Below are positions 50,001-58,044 of a stretch of 58,044 bases of DNA, one piece after another. The notes under the pieces were generated by a model. That model worked only from the letters and a program-made list of their open reading frames with translations. It did no database searches and was not told the origin of the DNA. The stretch comes from Tubiluchus corallicola. Lineage: Eukaryota > Animalia > Priapulida. The DNA lies in NCBI GenBank assembly GCA_030141605.1, contig JAQGDQ010001164.1:1-58044 (forward strand), given 5' to 3'. The translations under genes were made by a program, and so were the position numbers. The first letter of the stretch is position 1. Each line of letters begins with the position of its first letter.

Positions 50001-53000
50001 TGTTTCCATGTGTCTGTAAACGCTACGCGTGTTAACAAAACTCGCGGCGCTCTTTCTCCCATTTTTGGTGGCTGTTCGTGAAAATTGCAAGCAGTAATTT
50101 TTGGAAACCACGTCTCTGTGGAAATTTAAGTGTGATAACTACAGCTGCAGCATTAGCTTGTAGTTGTTCTATTAGACGGAGGTTTTGGGTGCTCAACATT
50201 TTGCACGGGAGAGAGCAGTATCGCAGGTATCATCGTATAGTAAAATAACTGCAGTTAGATGCACAACACATAACTACCGTATTTTCCTATGTATAAGAGA
50301 CCCTTGTGTATAAGAGACCCCTTCAATTTTTAGGCAAAAATTCTGGAAAAAAGTTTTTTGGTAATGAATAACTTTATTCATCATAGAAATTATTAAATTC
50401 CTTATCACTCTCATCAAAAATATCAACTGGAGTCAGACCTTCAGCAATTCCAGCCAGTTCATCATCAGAGGAGTCATTCTGCTCAAAAATGGCATTGTCC
50501 TCTGTGCCGTCCATGGCATTGGAGATGCCACACTTCTTGAAAGATTTAATAATGACCTCTGGCTTTACACCATTTTATTTCTTTAAAATCATTAGTGTCA
50601 CAATTTATGCATCTTATTGAAAAGACTTACTCCCATGTATAAGAGACCCCCTATTTTTAAGGTGAAAATTCTGAGCAAAAAAGGGTCTCTTATACGCGGG
50701 AAAATACGGTATATGCTTCTTCCACCTCTCAAAAACTCAGATAGAAAAAATATTATTGTTTACAGGTCCTAAAGTGACCAAAACTCACCTATCTAGAATT
50801 TTCAGAAAGCTAAATAGCGAAAATGGTCACCGGAAACTTGAAAACTCGCTATAATCACCTAGGCAATGGTGGTTTCTCGTCTGCGTATTGCCGCGCGATG
50901 TGTAATCGGATGATACACGAGCCACTCTTTCTACCCTTTTGAACATTCTTTTATCCATCATTTCTGTCCTTACTTTGCACAACTCATTTTTTTAAATTGC
51001 CTAAAAACCTTCGGTTTTTTTGTTCTTTTTTTTCTCATTATTTGGATGTTTTTATAATGGTGCAAGCACCTAACAAGTTTTACTTCTGGTTCTTGGCATT
51101 TATTATATGCATGCTGTCATATCAAAATATAATCATTATTATTAATATCCATTTTTCCCAGTGTTTCTTGTTATTTTGTATTTGTATTTACACTTCCAAA
51201 TAAATTTATTATTATTATTAGATAGTGATCACGTTTGAATGAATACGATCACGCATCACGTACACGTGGATTGACAATATAAAGTAATTTAAACTTGCTT
51301 TAACAGTGACCGTAACCTCAAGTACATTACCGCAATGTTATGCGTTAACGGGTCATTACTAATATTGTCCGGAAATATTTTGACTGCCTTGTGAACGAGT
51401 TCCTTTCGATTTACTACTTTACAGAAATCATGTTGAGTTTCATTACTGAAATGTGTCTTTTATTCCTGTTTAGGTGAACGATGAAGCGTCAACGACTGCC
51501 GGGGGTCGTCTAACTAACGCGGCTGGTCGAGAAGCGGAAACGCGTTCACGTAGCGCTTCGGTGAATTATAGAAAACAGCTGCCTACTAAATCTGTCACAG
51601 CTGTAAACGAGACTGTTCAAAATTGTGCTTCTACAGGTGCAATAACTCGGAATTTTACTTTTGCAAGTACCAAAACAGTTGCAAATAAGAGGAAACAATT
51701 TCTTGAACGCTTCGTAGACAATATATCTACAAATGTGAAAACGTGTGACAGTGTGACAACTCCGAAAAGTAGTCCAAGTGCGAGCGGCCAGAATTGTGTA
51801 GTTACAAGTGCAAAGAATAACAGTTATGCAGGTACAAATGCAAGAACTCAAACGTGCGTAATTACAAGTGCAAAAACTAACAGTTACACCGTTACAAGTG
51901 CAAGAACTGATGGTTGTGTAATTGCAAGTGCAAAAGCTAACAGTTACACCGTTACAAGTGCAAGAACTGATGGTTGTGTAATTGCAAGTGCAAAAGCTAA
52001 CAGTTACACCGTTACAAGTGCAAGAACTGATGGTTGTGTAATTGCAAGTGCAAAAGCTAACAGTTACACCGTTACAAGTGCAAGAACTGATGGTTGTGTA
52101 ATTGCAAGTGCAAAAACTAACAGTTACACCGTTACAAGTGCAAGAACTGATTGTCGTGTAATTACAAGTGCAAGCACTCAAACTTGTGCAGCTACAAGTG
52201 CGAAAAGTGACAATTGTACGGTCATCGGTGTAAAAACTCGTAACGTCGCAGTTTCCTGCGAATCTTCCGAAACGTGCAGCATTTCGTCTTCGGAAAATGA
52301 CGATTCGCTAACAGAATTTAACAAGATACTTGCGGCGGGAAAGCGAGTGGCATCGAACGAACGAGACGCGACCAAAACGCGTTGTGTAAAAGATCGCTCG
52401 CGATCGTCCGACGTTGTTATAACGACTTGCAGTCGGTTGTCTCTAACTGCTGTGCTGTCAACAGCCACTAACTCATTCGCAAGCAGCTCATTAGATTGTA
52501 GTCCAGTGTTAGTTGCTTCTTGTGTATCACCGGTTGTTACATCAAGCGATAAACTCTCTCACAATGTTCAAGTTGTTCCCAGTGTAAATCCTTCCAGAAA
52601 CTTTGCGACTGTAACGTTTGACCTCTCCGGAAGGTCCGTGCAATCTGTGCTTTCGTCGACCAATCGTGACAAAGTTGCTCAGTTTCCGACAAACTCAAAA
52701 GAGCAAGGATTGGTCTTTCCAAAAACGGTGCAGAAAAACTTCCTTCGGTTTACGTCGCCGTCTTCTTTGGAGCGGACGAGACTGCCGGTTTCGGAAAGCT
52801 CGCAGACGAACCCGACGCGTGTCGATTTTGCGGCCAGTCCTGCGGCGGCGTCAACCGTCAAGTATACCGTTGCTACCTCATTTTTAAACCAAACGACATT
52901 CGCTGCGGCGCAGTCGAGTGCAGTTGACAACTTCGTATTACCTGCAAAGTTTGTGTCGCGGTCAGAAGGTTTGTGCCCAACGACCGGTCTTCGACAGCAG

Positions 53001-56000
53001 ATGACTGTCAACATGTATCAACAACAAAACACGGCCTTGCAGCAGGCCCTGATGAACGTACAGTCCCCGCAGGCATCTAATGTGACACAATTACAAACTA
53101 GCCGTGCGGAAACTGCTGTGTCTCCTATGCAAACAGGCAAACCCGTACAACAGTACAGCACCGGCGTACAGCAAACTCATTTTGTAACTCAGTCTAACTA
53201 TGTGCAAGGCAGTGTTGCCACCTCGCAGTCAATAGCAACTATTGTTCAGCAGCACTTGACCGGCAACACAAAGGCTGTGCCGGCGCAGCACATGCCCGTG
53301 AAAAAACGGCAACGGAACGTGCATCAAACTGCCGTCGAAACTCTAGTCGGTGCTAGTGCGCAAGCTCAACAATTTAATAATGGTAGTCAGCAACAGTACG
53401 GCTCTCATCAGCAGTTTGGCTATGGTGTTGCAAGTAATCAAAGCTCGAAATTGCAGCATCAGCAGCCATCAAATGGTCAAAGCATAAAATCTACTCCGTT
53501 GCAGCACCAGCAGCCGTTGCAATCTTCACCCAGTGTGCCACAAATGGTATGTGACAGCTTAATTGATATTTCCTTGTTAGTTTATTTCTACGTCCATCTG
53601 TTCTTAATTTTGGTTAACTCATGACATTAGTTAACAGCTTCAGGACCACGAGGGTTTGTTGCACTGCTCTCACTAAGCAAAGATTACATTATATTTGATA
53701 ATTTTTATAGGTTTCTACTCCTCACACAATGGATTTTCATGCAAAATTATATATGAAATACATTTGCTTTCCTTAGACGAATTAAAAATTGATTTTTGAT
53801 GAAAAAATTGAAAAAAGCTTTCAGTAACTGCAGTGTTTGCACAGTAACAAACTACAGTTTCCCTTGCATGAAATCAGCTAATGCAGAAATTTTTTACTAT
53901 CAATACACAACAGTCTGAGACAGTTTGGCCTCAAGTCTGTTCATTTTTAAGGAGAAATGCTTGTTAAAAGATGAAACGATCCTTATTTGTCCGTGGCTGA
54001 TCAGTTGGTTTTTCCTGGGATTGCAGCGGAACATTGTACAGCTTGGGCTGTAGCAAACAGGCGATCAATAAATTAGTGTGTACGATCAGCAAGTGAACAC
54101 CAGACTAAGCTACTCAACAGGCTAAGTTGGAGTACCTGAAGAGGGCATGTTTTTCCTTAATTTTATCCAATTAAATCTCTTATAAATGTTTAAACAAATA
54201 ACATTGTTGGGAGCCGAGTGGACCACTGAGCCAAGTAGACCAATTGGTTTTACCGGAAGTGGTCTACTTGGCTCAGTGGTCCACTCGGCTCCCTACAAGC
54301 ATGATTGGATAGCCGAGATTCTCTTGAATAGAACAGCACTTAATTTGTCATCAATTAGTTATGTCTGTGCTCATACAGTAGCGATGTTATGACCCGCCTG
54401 CCGATTTAAATTTAAGCGCCAGGTTGGCTTCTCACCTGTGTTCTGTACTTGCTTTTGACCTAGTTAGTTAGAGTTGTTATTGAGGTGGAAGTAATGTTGG
54501 CTGCTCAGGATGACAGCCCTGATGTTTTATTTTTGTTAATTTGTGTTTACTGGCAATAAAAATGAAGTAATGTTGGAAATGCATCTCCGTTTATTCACCA
54601 TGTTTTGTGTAACCAATTCCAACTCATAGCAAAGTGGGGGCTCGAAGCCGGAATGAATCAACCGACGAGTTGCAATGAATTTCGTCTGGACGCTTTTCGT
54701 CTTAATTACTGTGCAACGTCACGATGAATTTTTTTTCTGTTGATGCTAAAGCTTAATTCCACGGTTAATAAAGCTGACAATGGACAAACTGTAAGTTTAC
54801 GGCTCATTGTTCTACACAGTAACTGTTTGATGTCGTCTGATTTATCATCATATCAAGTATGAACTGTCTCTGTCTGTCTGTCTGTCTGTCAATGTCTGGA
54901 AATATTCGCATATTCGCTCATTGGAAAATTCCGAATTATTGAGAAATGCTTCTAACACGCGGAAGTATACAAACTTCATACTAATATAAAGCATCTCTAA
55001 AGTACATGAGAAATGTGTAGAGGTCACGAAGTTCTGTTGCTACAAGTGATAACATTATGAATAATGTTTCGACAAACGTTATACTTGAATTCAGGATTAT
55101 GCTCTTGTGAATTTCTGGGTAAAAACGAGACAAGTTTCATTCTGCGTTTGCGTTGCAGGAATTCTGCATAAAATACTGTGGGTAACAATCGTCTGTATTT
55201 GCTGGAAGTAGCTGCGTTTGACTAGGGATAACGACCTTGAGGCTACAAGCGTGTATGTATAGGTCGGGGGCTACTGTCAAGTCGTCGCACGTATCTACAG
55301 ATTAGTACAAGCTATACCGGAACTTGTATCACGTGAGGAAGCCAGCTAGACAAGTAGGGCATTGGACAGAGATGTTTCCACACAAGTTTTGTAGTAGTAA
55401 AAGAAAAACGAATGATATTTATTGGACTCATTGATTTTGTTAATGCAGTTTGGTGAACAATCGCAATCTTGTTAATTATCACCTAACGCTTTCTTTTACT
55501 AGGCTAATTGCACTACTATTGTTACGCTTACGTGTGCTCCCCCACAGATAACTTGCGCAAGATGTGCCTAATTAGTATTGTTGAAAGTTAAGTATTGTAC
55601 AGTACGTTGTGTAGCTAGTTGGTAGGCTTGTGTCATAAAGTTATATTTACGGACGAGCACTTTGTTATGAGTTGGAATTGGTTACACAAAACATGGTGAA
55701 CGAACGGAGATGCATTTGCGACATTACTTCATTTTTATTGCCAGTAAACACAAATTAACAAAAATAAAACATCAGGGCTGTCATCCTGAGCAGCCGACAT
55801 TACTTCCACCTCAATAACAACTCTAACTAACTAGGTCAAAAGCAAGTACAGAACACAGGTGAGAAGCCAACCTGGCGCTTAAATTTAAATCGGCAGGCGG
55901 GTCATAACAGCAGAAAAATCATAGGTCTTAGAAGACCTATTTTGAATGATGTGGTCTTGAAGGAGTTAACCATTTAGTACTGCGCAAAGTTTAATCATTT

Positions 56001-58044
56001 TACCAGAGACACTATCAATATGTTCATGTTGGATTTAATAGTGCTAGCTACCTGTTTAAACTCACACATTAACTTATTGCCAGAAAGAGTTGCAAGTATT
56101 ACTTGACGAATGGCGATGTAAGATTTCCATGTTAACATATTGATTAAATTGGGTTCATCTGGGGAATTCAGATGCTTAGATGATGAGGATTTTTGTTTTG
56201 CATTTTGTCACGATGTTCGCCATTTTGTAAAGTGCCACCAGACATAACTAATGGCATGGTTTTTTTGTTTTTTGTGTTTTTTCGCAGTCGGTTAACAGTT
56301 AAACTAGAGAGAGGAGGAAGTGATCGCCACTTTATGATACACGAGTCCTCTTACCGTAGTGGTGCTCAGTTTGTTAAAGGACAAGAACGGGGGTACCTGA
56401 AGTAGATGTCAGAAAAATCGCCTTAAAAAATTATATTACTTTATGGCAATTTTGTGCGTATATCTTGCTCGCACTGAAAGGAATTTTTGTTTGCTTCATC
56501 TTAAATCTCCTGCAATACTCTTCTGACCTACACCATTACATGACGTCATGTAAACACCACGTAATGCAAGGGAAGAAACAGAAATGTTAAATTATGTCTT
56601 AAAAAAACTTTCCATGCAAAGTCATGTTGCTTAGCATTTCGCTTACCTGCTTGAAAGACTTATGTTGTAACTAGAAAAGAAAGTATTAATTATTTAAAAA
56701 TTTTTTTAGTAATTGGTAAAATGTCGTTGACTCACCCTCCGTGTGCATCATTCGCTAACCAAAAACGTAGTTTTAATCTTATTGACAAGATACAGTAATT
56801 TTAAATTTTGCTTAGCAACAATGTATGCTACGAATGCTCTGATCATTTTTTCAAATTTTACTCAGTGTTATCTAAACTTGTTTCACACGACCTACCACTA
56901 AAATGGCTGTGTCTAACTGTCATCGGGGGAGTTTACATTTACATATTTTATACAGCGTTACTGCCGACACAAGCCCTGCATGCAAAAACACAGTGTGTGA
57001 GCGGCATAAAATTTCAAGACGAATTTTTTAAGCTTCGTGTAAGTGGAGGGTTTTCTTGTGTTTTAAAGGAAAGATCAACTCTTTTTGGAAGTTTGGCTTA
57101 TTTCAATGTTTGGAAAAGATGTTTGAAGAATTTGTAACAAAAGTGTGTTGGGTGCACCGCCGCCCTGTAATTAGCTTAATCACTTTAAGATCGCATTCAT
57201 TTCATGCTTCGAGGTTCCCATTCTGAAAGCCCATTCTTTCACCAATGGCATTACTCATCAGCTGAATAAAAACAGCTGCTGTCAAGTTTAAAAGACTTAA
57301 GTTTTTGTAAAACCTTTGCCATGCTTTTCTTAGTTTAAGTGGACGTAGTAAAATAAACTCACATGCTAAATGACTTGTTCTTTAAATTCAAATTATTGAA
57401 CGATAACAAATTGATTAATTGATTTTTACAGTCTTTTCATTTGACCTCTTCTTCACTTTTAGGTGACACACTCTCGCTGGGTGACTCCTACTCAAGCCGC
57501 ACCTCAAGGTTCCATTGTCAGCCAAGCAAGACCCGAGAATTTTCCGTCAGGCATTTTGATGAACACTGTCGATGAAATGCAGTCGTCTTCTTCAAATCTG
57601 GCAACATCGTCACCCGATCGAGAAAAGGAAATGATCGCGGCGAGCGCTGCGGCTTTGAAACGATACTTGTCATCGCTGAGTGACCCCACGGGAGATGATT
57701 CTTTTTCCGTGCAGAAAAGCGTTGCGCACCCACCCCCGGCTTACGATGCCCACCAACGCAGTAGTCTCAATGGACAGACGACTAATGTAGTTACTGCCAC
57801 GACCTCAAATGCTCAGTTATCATTGTGGGATCGTTTTAAACAGAACGCTGACTTCGCGCCATCGGCTTGGCCTTCGGACGTTGCACAAGTCCAGCATCGA
57901 AAGTCTAACAATCAGAATGTTTCTTCACAAGTGAATCAGTCTCGGGTTTCATTGGTTCGAAGTCAGTCTGGCAATTTTCCACCGCTATCTAGTGTCGTAA
58001 ATTCATACAATTCCAACTACAACCAACAGAGACAGTTACAGCCA
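35345..58044 (+). CDS. JMJD1C: KDM3/JMJD1-family histone H3K9 demethylase (JMJD1C-like), 5' portion; JmjC domain lies beyond the window
   Basis: Exons: 35345-35509, 35990-36148, 39986-40102, 41089 (or 41092, NAGNAG)-41304, 42275-42359, 45574-45653, 47120-47183, 49083-49204, 51474-53546 and 57463-end, all phase-compatible. The N-terminus MAV..IGRIFLCV..WRTGIVRAVSH..VLVEF..LIW..WPAFTF..RVQVYR..TQWYTAVI..DPRLVQI..VVRGLLNGE matches the recalled JMJD1C/KDM3 N-terminal region. Orthology to one vertebrate paralogue cannot be resolved. Confidence 0.85.
36225..36415. repeat. About 70-bp tandem repeat, 3 copies
   Basis: GTTTTGACAACYTGATTCTGGATCCTYCTCAGCACAGCAT recurs three times. Confidence 0.85.
37781..38343 (-). 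mobile_element. Family A MITE
   Basis: Reverse complement of 372-973; ends TTTTCCT|TTAA. Confidence 0.8.
38780..39450 (+). mobile_element. Family B MITE, preceded by a partial B copy at about 38470-38775
   Basis: Starts TTAA|AGCACAAGAAAAC; reverse complement of 56378-57062. Confidence 0.75.
40088..40530. repeat. 75-bp tandem array (about 6 units) starting at the KDM3 exon 3 end
   Basis: TTAATTGTG recurs at 40147, 40222, 40297, 40372, 40447 and 40521. Confidence 0.9.
41379..41915. repeat. 73-bp tandem array (about 6-7 units)
   Basis: Unit TATTAGACTCACGGTAATG...CTTCTGACA. Confidence 0.9.
42378..43040. mobile_element. MITE with about 40-bp TIRs, superfamily unassigned
   Basis: TAAATGCGTGCTTGCAAACCAAAATCGTCCATAAGTCGGC versus terminal GCTGACTTATGTACGTTTTTGATATGCAAGCACGCAATTA. 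Confidence 0.7.
43559..44048 (-). mobile_element. Tigger/pogo-type MITE (family E)
   Basis: CAATGTTCCCTC...GAGGGAACACTG; homologous to 21858-22501. Confidence 0.8.
44773..45477 (+). mobile_element. piggyBac-like MITE (family D)
   Basis: TTAA|CTTCTTCAGGACC...GGTCCTGGAGGAG|TTAA; second copy at 53635-55965. Confidence 0.75.
46393..46963 (-). mobile_element. 5S rRNA-derived SINE (SINE3-type) with (CAA)n tail
   Basis: 5S head at 46963-46844 with no oligo-T terminator, running into a body of about 430 bp that ends GGATGCC(AAC)n. Confidence 0.75.
46844..46963 (-). pseudogene. 5S rRNA-like sequence (SINE head or pseudogene)
   Basis: GACTACGGCCAAATCACGTTGAAAATACCGGTTCTAGTCTGATCACTGAAGTTAAGCAACG...TAGTACTTGTATGGGTGACCGCCTAGGAATACCAGGTGCAGTAGGCTT: 120 nt, animal 5S-like with several substitutions. 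Confidence 0.85.
47487..48128 (-). mobile_element. Tigger/pogo-type MITE (family E)
   Basis: TA|CAGTGTTCCC...GGGAACACTG|TA. Confidence 0.85.
49558..49995. repeat. About 54-bp minisatellite built from GTAATGCGTG/GTGATC subunits
   Basis: Read directly; source of the ITDH/THY ORFs. Confidence 0.92.
50277..50709 (-). mobile_element. Internally deleted pogo/Tc2-type DNA transposon
   Basis: TA|CCGTATTTTCC...GGAAAATACGG|TA. Minus strand encodes VKPEVIIKSFKKCGISNAMDGTEDNAIFE, the typical pogo-family transposase C-terminus. Confidence 0.88.
51790..52215 (+). repeat. Coding 60-bp (2 x 30-bp) minisatellite in KDM3 exon 9
   Basis: Encodes (VTSARTDGCVIASAKANSYT)n; central units are identical at DNA level. 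Confidence 0.92.
54205..54297. mobile_element. 93-bp hairpin MITE with TGT...ACA ends
   Basis: 38-bp arms with one mismatch; 5-bp TSD AACAT/AGCAT; absent from the family D copy at 44773. Confidence 0.85.
54385..55909. mobile_element. Element bounded by two inverted 247-bp LTR-like arms, each followed inward by a tRNA-Pro PBS remnant
   Basis: Arms 54385-54631 and 55663-55909 are reverse complements (about 6 mismatches by eye). Each is bounded by TGTTATGA...TCATARCA and contains AATAAA. Inner flanks are AAG-TGGGGGCTCG and AAG-TGCTCGTCCG. Confidence 0.85.
56378..57062 (-). mobile_element. Family B Kolobok/T2-like MITE, full length
   Basis: TTAA|AGGACAAGAA...TTCTTGTGTT|TTAA; the right TTAA is shared with the next element (AGGAAAG...). 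Confidence 0.8.

Larger units (their letters stand above)
53635..55965 (+). mobile_element. Family D piggyBac-like MITE carrying two nested insertions
   Basis: TTAA|CAGCTTCAGGACC...GGTCTTGAAGGAG|TTAA; colinear with 44773-45477 once 54205-54297 and 54385-55909 are removed. Confidence 0.8.

Noticed and set aside
49485-50111. His/Arg/Thr-rich ORFs of 173-208 aa
   Set aside because: Translations of the 54-bp minisatellite on the antisense strand of an intron.
51474-53624. Stand-alone 716-aa mucin/adhesin-like gene
   Set aside because: It begins right after a TAG acceptor (GTG, not ATG) and has a donor at 53547; it is an internal KDM3 exon.
54385-55909. DIRS-type retroelement interpretation of the inverted repeats
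   Set aside because: TG..CA termini, PBS remnants and an apparent TSD point to integrase chemistry; no tyrosine recombinase or internal complementary region is visible.

Overview
AT-rich, intron- and repeat-rich animal (invertebrate-like) nuclear DNA, not prokaryotic; most short ORFs in the track are microsatellite or transposon artefacts. Five genes can be reconstructed by hand from splice sites and reading frames. (1) A two-exon orphan single-pass membrane protein with a C-terminal RVxF motif (3641-6756 +). (2) A three-exon, 116-aa, roughly one-third-arginine protamine-like gene (10082-9495 -) whose promoter has an RFX X-box and four CRE half-sites. (3) Methylmalonyl-CoA epimerase MCEE (six exons, 13176-21660 +, one GC-AG intron). 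(4) An intronless secreted Ig-Ig-Ig-Sushi-serine protease (26390-28663 +). (5) The 5' part of a KDM3/JMJD1C-family histone demethylase (35345 to beyond the window end, +). Introns and spacers are packed with TTAA-targeting Kolobok/T2-like and piggyBac-like MITEs, hAT and pogo/Tigger elements, CR1/RTE/Penelope fragments and a 5S-derived SINE3. The most unusual items are the protamine-like gene with its spermatid-type promoter, a 1.5-kb element made of two inverted LTRs each followed by a tRNA-Pro PBS remnant (54385-55909), and the protease architecture and specificity. All family assignments come from recalled motifs; no searches were run.
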